Below are positions 47,453-61,087 of a DNA stretch of 64,000 nt, in pieces. The DNA lies in assembly GCA_043228905.1 (NCBI GenBank), contig JBHGNT010000006.1, positions 16,368,001-16,432,000 on the forward strand. The letters are read 5' to 3'. Made by a program: the position numbers and the translations under genes. Every line of letters starts with the position of its first letter. Within the stretch, counting starts at the first letter, position 1. Below the pieces are notes generated by a model that saw only the letters and a list, made by a program, of their open reading frames with translations, was not told where the DNA came from and did not search any database. This stretch comes from Azolla caroliniana (lineage: Eukaryota > Plantae > Polypodiophyta).

Positions 47453-48907
47453 CCCACTCATGATAGTCGGCTTCGACCCCCCCACCATCTTCAGTTATCC
47501 TTATCATAGAAGAAATTCTTCATTCAGTCCACATCAGTCATCTCGCTTATTAACATCTTGCCAATGCCAATGTCCACGAAAATCCTGTGTTAATAACAAA
47601 AAATTAGTCCAAAAGTTTCATCACCCACTCCTGATAGTCGGCTTCGACCCCTCCACCATCTTCACTCATCCTTATCATAGAAAAATTTCTTCATTCAGTC
47701 CACATCAGCCATCTCGCTGATTAGCATATTGCCAATGTCCACGCAAATCCTGTATTAACAACAAAAAATTAGTGTAAAAGTTTCCTCACCCACTAATGAT
47801 AGTCGGCTTCGACCTCCCCACCATCTTCACTCATCCTTATCACAGAAAAAACATTCCTTTGTTCAATCCACATCAGCCATCTCGCCGATTAACATCTTGC
47901 CAATGTCCACGAAAATCCTGTATTAACAACAAAAAATTAGTCTAAAAGTTTCCTCACCCACTCATGATAGTCGGCTACGATCAACCACCATCTTCCCTCA
48001 TCCTTATCCCAAAAAACAATTCTTCATTCAGTTCACATCAGCCATCTTGTCAATTAGCATCTTGCCAATGTCCACGGAAAAACTGTATTAAAAACAAAAA
48101 TTAATCTAAAAGTTTCCTCGCCCACTCATGATAGTCAGCTTCGACCTCCCCACCATCTTCACTCATCCTTATCACAGAAAAATTTCTTCATTCAGTCCAC
48201 ATCAGCCATCTTGCCGATTAGCATCTTGCCAATGTCCATGCAAATCCTGTATTAACAACAAAAAATTAGTGTAAAAGTTTCCTCACCCACTCATGATAGT
48301 CGGCTTCGACCTCCCCACCATATTCACTCATCCTTATCACAGAAAAAAATTCCTTCGTTCAGTCCACATTAGCCGTCTCGCCGATTAACATCTTGCCAAT
48401 GTCCACGAAAATCCTGTATTAACAACAAAAAATTAGTCTAAAAGTTTCCTCACCCACTCATGATAGTTGGCTACGACCCCCCACCATCTTCCCTCATCCT
48501 TATCACAAAAAACAATTCTTCATTCAGTCCACATCAGCCATCTTGTCGATTAGCATCTTGCCAATGTCCACGGAAAAACTGTATTAAAAACAAAAATTAA
48601 TCGAAAAGTTTCCTCACCCACTCATGATAGTCGGCTTCGACCCCCCACCATCTTCCCTCATCCTTATCACAAAAAACAATTCTTCATTCAGTCCACATCA
48701 GCCATCTTGCCGATTAGCATCTTGCCAATGTCCACGGAAAAACTGTATTAAAAACAAAAATTAATCGAAAAGTTTCCTCACCCACTCATGATAGTCGGCT
48801 TTGACCCCCCCACCATCTTCACTCATCCTTATCACAGAAAAATTTCTCCATTCAGTCCACTGCAGCCATCTCGCCGATTAGCATCTTGCCAATGTCCACG
48901 AAAATCC
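47453..48907. repeat. Tandem satellite, ~165-bp monomer, ~8.8 copies
   Basis: Unit starts CCCACT at 47453, 47624, 47789, 47957, 48121, 48286, 48453, 48617 and 48781. Confidence 0.95.
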
Positions 48908-49099
48908 CCATCAATCATCTCACTGTCATCGAGTATCCCCAATAGCTTAAACCTACAGAAACAAACATGAATGCACACTCTCCTCTCCTTATGAAAATCA
49001 TTATTAGTCATCCCTATCTAAGGTAAAGCATCATTATTAGTCATCCCTATCTAAGGTAAAGCATATGCTTTACTATCCGCACCAATCATATCGGAGATT

Positions 49100-52000
49100 A
49101 CCGCCAAAAGCTTCTTTTATGAAAAGACTCTTGCTATGTCCCAGAATCACCTCTTCCATGTTGATTCATGTTGTGTGCTCTAAGGATGGTGTTGGTGGCA
49201 GGAACAACCAATGAGGAGGTATGTAATTCCACTTGACATTAACCTCTGCATCCAAGATGATAGGAATAGATGACCAAACTCTTCTAATTCTCCTTCTTTT
49301 TCGACTATTTGTGTTTCCTGATCCCTTACAATTGTCATAATCACCTTTAACCGTATGTACCAATAGGTCCCAAAAAGACTTAACTTGTTCTACAACATGA
49401 GTATTTTCATCCTTGTATAGCTTGGAACACCTAGCTTTCCAAAGAACCCATAAACCCAAAGAGGAAACAATTTGCCAAACATAACTCTACAAGAAGAACT
49501 TGATTCCCTGCAAGGAACTTGAACCAACATATACTTGCAAACTTCTCACATGTAAAGACAAAGAAGAATGCTGATAATGATAAAAGGTCGTGTGTTGATC
49601 CAACATTCCCCAAAAGACTACATCCCATGTGAAGAAAGCCGAGGTATACTTACGACCTAAAAGCCTAAGAATTCAAAACCAAAACCTTTTAGCGAACACA
49701 CATTCCCAAAATACATGATGCAATGACTCAGATGCAAACCCACACATAACACATGACCGATCACACATTGAACCCCTCAATAGTTCACCTACTGGCAATG
49801 CCTAATGAATCATCAAACAACGAAAATGCAATATCTTATTCATACATTTAGTTACCCAAAACCGTTTCCAAAACATCCACATATGAGATGATGAGACATT
49901 ACCTTCCTCCCAATACTTTTTTCCCATTGGGACCAACTCGGTCTAATTCAACATAAAGTTTCTACCCAACGCCACCGAATATGAGAAGAATGGAAGGATC
50001 TTATTCGCTGTGTCAGACATGGACAATTTCCAACCATAATCTGATGGGTCCCACTGTAGATCGACAAGTGGCCTAGAGTGTAAAACCCAAATATGAGATG
50101 CATAGTTAGCAATTAACAGACTAGGATCGATCACTAGCAACTGCTTTGCATCGGACATAATTGGAGACTCCTCCGCCACTAATATCAATCTACCATTGTC
50201 CAAAACTTCATAGCAATAAAAATTGCCATTATGATGATATAAACGAGCTCTTATAAGTATATTAAATGTCGAAAACATATCGTACCAACTTTGAAAATGA
50301 TCAAACTGCAAAGTTGGTAGTGTGACCTGATACACCATGGACAATTGAGAGAACATTATCCTTGCCCCTCTTAAATTAGACAACATATTCTTTTGGTTGT
50401 GTGCTGAAGTTTGTAAAAACTGTATCCAATCCGCAACTGTACGGGTTGGCACACTATCCATTGCTGCCCAAGATAACCTCGGTTGTAGACGCAAAACACA
50501 TGCAGCTTCATCAGTAAATAATTTAGGATTCCATATCAAAGGTTCATGCATGAATTGATGATAATTTTTCGATGGCAAGAAAACAAGTGCTTGTCGAAGA
50601 TTTTCCCATGCCCGAAAAATTCCACTAAAGAAATGTAATGATCCAACATTGGACTTAGGTAATGGAAAATTTGAATTAAAAAACCACCTAAGACTATCAT
50701 GCCATTGCCCTCCTACTGAGGGCTTGACCTTATGTAAGAGTTGAATCCATAGCTTTTTCCATAACTCATCTCCTGGCAATAAACTCCTAACAACATGTTT
50801 AGCAATTAAGGCTTTACTTTGCATAAAAGGATCAATCAAACCTAGACCTCCTTTCTATTTAGATTGTATAAGAACCGACCAAGCTACCTTTGCTACATAA
50901 TTGTCTGCAATAGTGTTCCCCCAAATGAAATTACGTACTAGGCGTTGAACTTTAAGCATTATTGACCTAGAAAACAACCAGGTAGATGCTATATACCAAA
51001 TCGAAGACAAGATCACTGAGTTAGCTACAACTACGCGTCCTGCTAAGGATAACTTCTCCTTGTTCCAATATATTAACTTGTTCCTTAATGTTAACAACTC
51101 TGCATTTAAACCCAAACCCACTCTACAACCTAAATATCTAATGGATTGACCATGAGGTATCCATGTAAAACCTGAGGTAGGTATATTAACTAGCAGATCT
51201 CCCAAAGCGATCCAAAAACCCGATGATTTATCCCAATTTATCAATGCTCCGAATGCATGTGAGAAATCATCCACAGCTTTTTGTACCTGTAACATATTAA
51301 CTTGTGAGGCTGCAACATATAGAGTTGTATCATCAGCAAACTCACTATCCACGCCAGCGTTTTCCACAAATAGTGCTAAACCATTAATATTTACATCTTG
51401 AGAATTTAGATGTACTGAAAATGCTTCAGATACTAATGAAAACAGAAAGGGAGCAAGTGGACATCCTTGTCGCACGGACCTTGACATAGAAAACCGCCTA
51501 CCAATATCCCCTGCAAATAAAAGAGAACTATGTGCATGACGATATAATGTTGACACTCCTCGTATCCATGTGTTGGGAAAACCCATCCTAACCAATGTTC
51601 CCTCCATGAAATCCCATTCCACTCTATCATAAGCTTTTTCAAAATCAAGAAATAACATTGCTAGATCTTGCTTATGTAATTCAGCAAATGCCACCATTTC
51701 CCAAAAAAGAATAATATTGTCAAAAATACTTCGCTCTTTCATAAAATCGGTTTGGGAATCATGAATTAGCTCCGGAAGATAAGGTTGTAACCTTCTAGCT
51801 ATCATTTTTGCTAATATCTTATAAATAACATTCAACAAAGTAATTGGTCTCCAATGACGAAGTTCTTCTAACTGTCCATTTGTTTTAGGAATCATATAGA
51901 TTAACCCCTCAGTCCATTCTTGTGGCATATTTCCTAAGTCTAAGATCTATTGATAAGCTTTAGTGATGCCATCACCTATCAAATCCCAATATTGTATATA

Positions 52001-54745
52001 CCATTGAACTCCCATCCCATCCAATCCAGGACAAACATCCTTTGCAAGGGCTTTTACTGCTTTAAGAATCTCTTGAGAACTTAAAGGTTGTAGAAGACAT
52101 TCTGAAAGTTGTATCAACACCCTCTTATGAACCCTTGACCATATGATGTCCCTTTTAACTAAATCATCCCCAGAAAAGGATCTAGCTTTCAATAAAGTCT
52201 CATAATAATCAAAGGCTATTTGACGCATTTGATTAGGATCAGTGGTATAAGAACCATCATGACATTTTAACCAAGAAATCCTAACAGTCGACTTATGATG
52301 ATTATGCACTGCAACGAACATTTTATTGACTTTATCTCCCGATTCTGCCCATGTAGATGATATATTATGATAATTAAAATCAGCGGAAATCTTTTCTAAT
52401 TCCAATATCTGATTCCCTAGTTGTACCACTCGGGAAATTATATAACTTGAATATGGTGTTTTTTCTTGTAGATGTTACAAGGACGAAAGTCTTCCTATTT
52501 TAGTAAAAGACGCATAGAATATTTGTTTAGCCTTAAAATGGAAAAATTGTTGTATTTCACCAAGAGCCTTTTGAACACTAGATAGTGCATAATCATAAGA
52601 ATAGTCATATTTATTCCAAATATTATGTACACTAGGAGCACACTCTTGACTAAGAAAGACATGATTTGGAATTCTAAACCTAGAAATTTTGTAATGTTCC
52701 TGCAATACTATAACTAAATGAAGTGGTGCATGATCAAAAAAGGAAAAGGAAGGTATGATTCCAATGGAACCTCCTTTGTCCCATAAAAACTTATCAGCAT
52801 AAAATCTATCTAACCTAGATAAATTGGTATGTGCTTCTCTTCTATTTGACCTTGAGTAAGCTAACGAATCTTGTATCTTTACAAAAGAAGGTACATGCCA
52901 CAAGTCCATTAAGTCCAAAGAAAAAATCAAATGTTCCCATTCATATAATTCTGTGCCGGATAATGTTTGTGATGTGCCTCCTAACCTATCACACACATCC
53001 TCCAACATATTAAAGTCACCCGCAATTGCCCAACAGTCAATAGCCGGTAACTGTGATATTATATTCTTCCATAATATCGTTCTATCTCTTGCATGATTCG
53101 GTGCATAGATATTTAGCAAACCCCACTTCTTCAAACCTAGTTGAAAAATTACATAATGACCTCTACCACATGTCAAGATGCCATAATGTAAGAACGAAGG
53201 CCACCAAATATCATTTATTGCAATGCAAAGTCCCGCTTTCAAACTATTATCACCAATCGCAAGCACCCAGAACTGCCTCCACTGGCCTGACAACAAGTTT
53301 CCATATTTTTGGATCTTTTGTTCATTTAAATGATGCTCTTGAATAAGAAGAACATCAATCCTACCTACCAAAGACTTCCTTAACTAACGACAGAAGACAC
53401 TCTTTACTTTACAACAATGTCTACCTCCTAAACCCCGTACATTCCATGAAATAATATTTAAGCTATCCATCATTCATGTTTTTCCCTCCTACTCTCTTTT
53501 CAGTAAGTGCAACATCTCTACCCTTCCGACCATCCTCTGAAGCTTGTAATTGTCTCCTATTTGACCAAATGTCTTTCCCAGTCAATTTATGTGCTCGCAC
53601 TCGCACATGCTTATCTACTATAGAAACCCTATTGGAAGACACAGTGGTTGTAGTAAACGTTATTATATTCCCACAATCCATGTGAACATGTTGAAGGTCT
53701 ACCTTGTGCACTTCAATTTTTTCCCCCATTCACACCTAAAGACCTATCATCTTGTTTTAGTTTATCTAAAAGCATATGTTTATCCTTATTCCATTGATTA
53801 TTAACCTTAGAAACATATTCTACAATTTGTACCTTCAAAAGTATGTCTTGTGAATTTTGTTCCACCCGATCTTCCTTTGTGAAGTTTGGAATGGAAAACC
53901 CCACCTCCATTGTACTAATCCCTGCATCTTTTTGCACTTCCTACAAAGACTAATAAGGATTAGCTTCAAGTAATAACATTGGATTAACCATCATACTAGA
54001 CGGTTTAAAAACATGTTTATTAGAAACTGTAGACCAGTCATCATAATTAACATCTGGTTGATTAGGTGGTTGGGCCTCATTGTACGGATGTCGCTTCTGA
54101 CAATCTCGACCTAAATGACCAAACTGATGGCACACAAAACATTGATAAGGCAGTCCTTGATAATATACCTTTTGCACAACCGGTGGTTTATTTAAAAGTG
54201 AATTAGGGAAAGATATAGTTGTTGGCAAACGAACGGATCTTGGTGCGATCAACCGAACAACTGGTACCCCACCCATTCTATCTGTCCCATGAGCCTGTCC
54301 ATCACGCGTGGCAATGACTTTACCTAGCAAAGCCCCAATGATAACATCCTCGAGACATGAATTGAATGTCGAGAATGTTATCCGCTTCCTCCGAGAAAGC
54401 AGCGTACAAAGTATGACAGAGCTCCGATCTATTCATTCGCGAACCCTGTACCTGCACTACCAAAGAGAAAGCTTCCAACCTATTTACCTCACCCAAAACT
54501 ATAGCTCTGTCCTCCTCTGACAATACAAGGTCAACTGACTCATGACACAGATGAGGCGAAAGTTGGGGGGGTGCACCGGACTCCCCTGCTCGCGTATAGG
54601 GTCCAGCCGCAGAAGAAGTATGGGGCTGGCCCGCGGTCGATCTCCTGATCATTTTGGGAGCACCTGTCATTGTGGTTACGTTGTTCGCGCCACACGCGAC
54701 TTGCGTTTTCTCTGTTGTCTGCATTGTCTCGATACATGAGGTAAT
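49100..54745 (-). mobile_element. Near full-length L1-type LINE (ORF1 with CCHC knuckle; ORF2 EN-RT-zf), disrupted
   Basis: ORF1 CFVCHQFGHLGRDC. ORF2 starts at 53470 MDSLNIISWNVRGL, with EN motifs NIYAPN, GDFN, SRLDRF and DHAP, and RT motifs WRPITLLN, LDFEKAYD, RQGCPL and FADD. Ends are approximate. Confidence 0.9.
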
Positions 54746-56573
54746 AGATTACATATTACATGATTGTCAAAGGAAAATAAGGTGTGCATACTTTTACTAT
54801 TTGTTTTTTATTTGAGTCGTTACTTATTATTTTTATTAGTGATTACTTGTTTTATGTATTTTATATGTATAGGAATCATGTTGATTCTTCACAAGTTAAT
54901 GACAATGGTGGTTGCAATTGGAGATCCTTGAAGACATTGTAATTTTTACTACAAACTTTTTACTATTTTGGTTTTTATTCAATTCTTTCAATATTTTATT
55001 ACTAATTACTTGCATCTTTTACGTATTTTATACTTTTAGGAATCCCTAATTCAAACTTAAAGAAAACATTGGAAGCAAAAAGTGGAACATTCGTTTACAT
55101 AAAGGGATTTGGAAAATGTTTCATTTAAAGTTTGAAATCTATTATATGGATTCTTATTCTTAAGTTGTAGGATTTCAGGCTTTTGTTATCATTCCAAAAA
55201 ACATTTATTTTTTTATGTTATATCTTATCTTTCTCCACAAATTAGTAATTTTCAGAAAATGTGGTACATAAATTTCTGTTTATTTTATGATGTTCTAGAG
55301 TCTTTGGTTCGGTTCAATTTATAGTTCCATTTTGGTTGGATTATGTAAAAAACAGTTTGGTTTGATTTGGTTTTTATGTATGATAAAGCAATTTGGTTTT
55401 TATTTTTGAAAAACCAGTTTGGTTTGGTTTAAATTTTTCGTAAATGATTTGGTTTCTCCTACCTTTTAAACAATTCGGTTTAAATGGCTTCAAATTTTTT
55501 TAATGGTTTGGTTTGGTTTTATTATGAATAAATGGTTTGGTTTGGTTTCAAGGTCCAAAAACCAAACCAAACCGTGCCCATTGCCAATCAAAAACTTGAT
55601 TCTACTCAACATCACTATTCAATTTAAGAAAGACTAACTTTTTGTTGTCATTCATGCAATTAAAACTTAGAGGTGTTATTTACACAAAAATCTTTTTGAG
55701 GTCACAATAGACCATTGTCCTAAATGTAATTTTGCACTCAACATGATCTTGTTGGTCATAAAGATCAATGGCAAACCTCATTCAAAACTTTGATTTTTCC
55801 ATTAATTATCGTAAAGGTTCAATAAACACAAATGTCAGTGCTCTTAGTCATATTCATGCATATAATTTTCTTAACTTTAGTGAATTAAAATCTAATCTTT
55901 TTTAAGAACTATGAGGGGAATACCACGATGCCTACTTTCTTTGAAAGATACCAAATGAGAGTTGAATCTGGTAAAGGCACCACTAAAATCACCATACCCT
56001 CGAAAACGACCTTTTACATTTGTAACTGATTTCCCTCAACTAGGCACCCTTGAATACATAAAAGACTCATTCTAACTTGAAACAACTTCTTTTGGCCTAA
56101 ATTATCCCATGAGAAGCAATTAGCAACAATTCGGTTTGAACCGCATCGAAGTGCTAAATCACAGTTGGATTGTTTAAATGACTAAATTTGGTTAGATTCA
56201 AGTATGATTTTTCGTAAACGGTTTGGTTTTCGTTTGATTTGGCTATGGTTCGGTTTGAGCCTTAGTTTATTGGTTTGAAACCATGGTTTAAATTGTTTAA
56301 AGAGCTGCTTAAATGTTTAGGGTTGACATTTTGTTGGATATTTTCTTGAACAACATTTTAAAACTTTTAAGGCTAATTTTGATCATTTAGGACACCTTTG
56401 GATATTTGAATTTGAACTAACTTGGAAAAACACATAAGACAATCTTAGAGAGTATTTTGTAAAAGAAGAAAGTTGTTTCTCTTCTTCTATTATTGCTTCT
56501 TCTTCTTCTTTTGCTAAGTTCTTCCTACTTTCATCTTCTTCTTATTTCTTCTATGTTCTTCCTCTTCTTTGAA

Positions 56574-57560
56574 AACTTGAGTTTATAATTACTTGTCAAG
56601 GCCCTATAATTTGTTTTGTAACAAAACCAAAACCAAACCACGTAATCGTAATTTAACATCTTAATGGGTTTGTAAAACTCGAGAACTATTTAGTTTTAGC
56701 TTGATTTCCTATGACGGTTTAGTTTGAACTGTTTTTGTTAAAATAATTGTGTGGTTCTATTAGGTTCAGGTTAAGTATTAATTTATAAAATGATTTGAGT
56801 TTGAGACTCCTAAACCAAACGAAACTACTGTCGCTTGTTAGCCATGATGTGCACAAACTTATGTATTTATATGTTTGTAATGTTAGATGAATAAGTTTGA
56901 GCGACATAAAGTTGCAAGTCCTCTACATCCGCTAGATATTCACTGTTGGGTTCTTGTTTTGAATCACAAAAACTTATCCACTTTAGGGTTATGAGAGTAT
57001 TTATAGATAGGGGGGAAAAACCTCCTAAAGAGGGACAAAATGCCCCTTGTCCTAAGTGTGTTCACACACATCATTGTCCTAAGTGTCTTCACACATCACT
57101 ATCCTAAGCGTGATCACACACATCACTATCCTGAGTGTGTTCACACAACATTGTCCTAAGTGTGTTCACACACATCACTACCAAAATATAACTTGAGTTT
57201 ATAATTACTTGTCAAGGCCCTAAAATTTGTTTTGTAACAAAACCAAAACCAAACCACTTAATCGTAATTTAACGGCTTAATGGGTTTGTAAAACTCGAGA
57301 ACTATTTAGTTTTAGCTTGGATTTCCTATAACGGTTTAGTTTGAACTGCTTTTGTTTAAATAATTGTGTGGTTCTATTAGGTTCAAGTTAAGTGTTATTT
57401 TTATAAAATGATTTGAGTTTGAGACTCCTAAACCAAACCAAAATATTGTCGCTTGTTAGCCATGATGTGTGCAAACTTATGTATTTAAATGTTTGCAATG
57501 TTAGATGAATAAGTCTGAGCGACATAAAGTTGCAAGTCGTCTACATCCCCTAGATATTCA
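56574..57560. repeat. Two ~370-bp direct repeats separated by a spacer with ~29-bp tandem repeats
   Basis: AACTTGAGTTTATAATTAC...CTAGATATTCA at ~56574-56942 and ~57191-57560. Spacer has about 5 copies of TCCTAAGTGTGTTCACACACATCAC. Confidence 0.85.
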
Positions 57561-59199
57561 TAATAATAAATGGGAAAGTATATATGGATTTGATTATTAG
57601 CTTGCTCGAACAAAATAAGGTCACAACTTTATATGGGTGATTATTAGTTGACTCACAAAATTAGCAAAGTTTATACCAACTCAAACCATGATAACGTAGC
57701 CCTTCCTTATCAATGTTTTTGTTTTGTCAAAAAAAGATACTACATTAGTATTAGAAACGGCATAAGGCTATACATACATGATACAAGATATACCACATAT
57801 CCCCGTATTTTTCTAAATTCTAACCATCGGCTTAAATAAATACTTTGGTGTTGAGTAAAACCACTCCACCTTATCAAAAAGCCGTCTATAAAATATACCT
57901 ATGTCCCAAAAATCCCTTATCAATGTTAATTTTCATCTAGATGAATTAGAGAGTAAACAAAATTTTCTTAGGGATATGCAAGAAGTGTTGCGTATTACAT
58001 GGGTATTATGCAAGATTACATTAAGATTGTGCAAGATAGAACAGGTTTTAATGGCAATCTTGATAAACATCCTTGTGTTAGTGTCTTATTGGATGTTCCT
58101 CCTAATTCCAAAACTTTATTTACAAGTGTGCTAAATTAACTCTATGCCAATTGCATTAATTTTCTTGAGGTAGGTGTCGACGTTCATCATATTTTCCATG
58201 TTAATTGCCTCAAAAACGTATTGGTTCCGATGATAACATAGTCACCATAAAAGTTTTGATAACTCATGAAGATTTATCTTCTAAAACTCATTTGCCAAAT
58301 ATAATCTTAATTCTCAAACTAAATATTTGAGATCTAAACACATCTGAAAATTCAATCTTAAATGGTTGGATGGAACTGCACGTGATGCCACTTCGAAGAA
58401 AGAGCACATGCTTAAACCTAACTTCCCAAATTTTGATTTTTTCATTGCAATAGTGTAAATTCTTGGAAAGATGGAGTATGCAATATGCATAAACTTATGG
58501 ACCAGTTTCATAGCTAATTTTAATAGGTTAAGGGTAGGATAGTTTGGAAACTAGTGGTCATAGGATTTGGGACAAACCCATATGCACTTATGACATATTG
58601 GACCACGTGGTGGTCTTGGGGCCTTAGATGTTGAGTTATATAAAGAGGACTAGCTACCCCGTTCGTGATGACATCTTTTGTTGTGAAGACTCATATTGAG
58701 AGTGGTATAGAGCAACAAAATATAGTGAAGAACACACTTCATAGAGCTACTATATAAATATACTTAAGGCATTGGTGTGTGTTAATTTGAATGTTGATTA
58801 ACATAATCTTCATGTTATAAATGAAAATTTTCCACAAGTGAAAAAAATACAACCATGGATGTCAAATACATGTGAATAATTTCAACCTTCGATTTAAGCA
58901 TTTATTTTCTTGAAGTGCCTGAACAATGGATATGTTAATTGCACTCCATGATAGAGCAACAAAATGCATTGAAGAGAACTTCATAGAAGTACTATATAAA
59001 TATACTTAATGCATTGTATAGGATACATGGAGACAAAGACAATCTACAAGAGAACCAAGATGTTTTTTGTTTGCCGATGGCATGTAAAGAATGCACATGT
59101 TTTCCTTCTTGTGAATTGTGGATGTTAAGCACACTTTTGCATACATATAATATATACGATCATAATATGCCTATGAATGTACATTTCCTCGTAGTTGAT

Positions 59200-60500
59200 C
59201 TATGTAGTGTAAGTTGCATAAACAGTGGGTAGAGTAAATCATTCAAAAATAACTAGAATATAGTTTTAAACTAGTGATTTAAAGTTTGCCTAGGTTTAAG
59301 AATACGCCATATGACTATAACTCATATAAGACATGCAACTAGGAATCAACATGGAGGTTTGCCACGCCTTATGCACATCAAAGGTTGCCACATCTTTACA
59401 TAAACAATATATTTGAGTAATGTAATAGAACCATCCAATTCGTGCACTTGAGTCATGTACATGATGCGTTGAAAAGTTTTCTTGCTCCACAGAAGGGTGT
59501 CTTGAATGACCCTTTCTAAGTTCATTTAATTTGGCTAGAGGCTATTAAAATCATTATGAATATTTGCGTTCTTATTCTCAATAATAAAATTTTATTTTGT
59601 TATTATCTTTCTATATATGTTGAAGCTCCTTAACCAATGTATGTACTTGGGGGAGAGTGCAAGGTATAAAGGTTGATATTTCCATGTGCAACTATTATGA
59701 TTTATCCTATCCCATAGATGGTAATATTTCTTTTTCCTCGCATAAAAGACTCTCTTTAGACATCAACATGATGGCATAATAGTAGCAATTGTACCTAACA
59801 TCATTCAAATCTTGAACAATGAGCCTCAATAGAAAACATATTCCATTCACCCTTCCATTAACCAAACAAGTTAATGCACCCACACTTTTTATTGCTTGTT
59901 TCCTTTTTCATGAGAAAACATGGGTAGTGCAAACACCTTACTCATGAGAAAAAACGATTAAAAAAACATGTTGATACCTTCCTTTTTCATGAGAAAACAT
60001 GGGTAGTATAAACACTTGATTCATGAGAAAAATGATCAAGCAAAACATGTTGATAATAAACTCGAGAGATGATGATAATTAATTTGGAGCATGATTGTGT
60101 GTGTATACACATATAAAGGAACTTGACCAAAATACTCCTAAATTTTCATGAAACTTATTCTCCAAATACTAGTCTCCACGATCCTATATCTCTTCAAATT
60201 TACATTTTCAAGATGTAATCTCTTGTTGGCATCATAGGTCATTTTGGCCTCTTAAAAGACATCAATATATCTACATTCTCTTTCTTTCTTTAGTTTATCT
60301 ACAAATCATAGCGAGGGAGAATAGGAAGAAGTAATGTGGACGAAGAAGCATTCTCACCATTGCAAAAACATTGAGGAGTAAATTGGGTGTTTTGAAGTAC
60401 CAAAAGTACGAACATGATCTATGAAACATGAATGGAATCATTGTACAATTTGTAATGAAAGAGAAAATTTAGATTGATAAGTAGACAAATTTTATTATCA
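59200..60500 (-). mobile_element. Possible very old PIF/Harbinger-like transposase remnant
   Basis: Weak, correctly ordered fragments (SCTWKY ~ CMHWxWK, HNDFNSL ~ NDINVL, YYIT...ATF ~ YYLADGIYPxWATF). Heavily decayed. Confidence 0.25.
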
Positions 60501-60740
60501 TCCTTAGAGATAAATAAATGTGTGGACCAAAGTGAAACATTTCATGTAGTAGTATGTGTGGAGTTGAGGCGATGACTCTCACTTGATGTTCTAGAATTTT
60601 AGCAATGAAAGTTATAGTTGAAAGCACATGTTATTGTGAGATTAATGTGTAGTGATAAAACTACATTTGTTGATAGTGAGAGTTTCCTCGCATGTGCCTA
60701 ATTTCAAGTCAAAGAGGATGTGAGTTATGACATTTAAATG

Positions 60741-61049
60741 TGTTGAGAATCAAGCTCAACTTGGTTGAGTGTGTGAACTCACCTTGAGAGTGAAGAGACA
60801 CTCCAACGGTCAAGAGTCATCATTATATCACCACTTTATATTCTAGCATTTAGTATGAGTCATAGAATCATATTCTATAACACATAACTTATGAGCTTTT
60901 ACATTCCCCATGCTCCATGAGACTTGTAGTTAATGAAGAGAGACGGTGACTACATAAAGCACCCTCCTCCCACCTTGTATACTGTTGTGTCTTTCTCCTT
61001 TGTTAATATACTTAACCTTGCGTATACTCTGTCTCTGTCTCTCTCTCTA

Positions 61050-61087
<38 letters not shown>

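Larger units (their letters stand above)
45248..55586. mobile_element. 10.3-kb non-autonomous hAT-type TIR element carrying a satellite and a LINE
   Basis: TIRs TAGCAATGGGCACGGTTT / AAACCGTGCCCATTGCCA, 8-bp TSD GTCAAAAA (45240-45247) / ATCAAAAA (55587-55594), and subterminal GGTTT/AAACC arrays at both ends. Confidence 0.85.

Noticed and set aside
47453-48907. CRISPR-like array
   Set aside because: Whole units repeat with no unique spacers, the context is eukaryotic, and there are no cas genes.
49095-54752. AGATTAC as LINE target-site duplication
   Set aside because: Only 7 bp and no clear poly(A) tail, so it could be chance.
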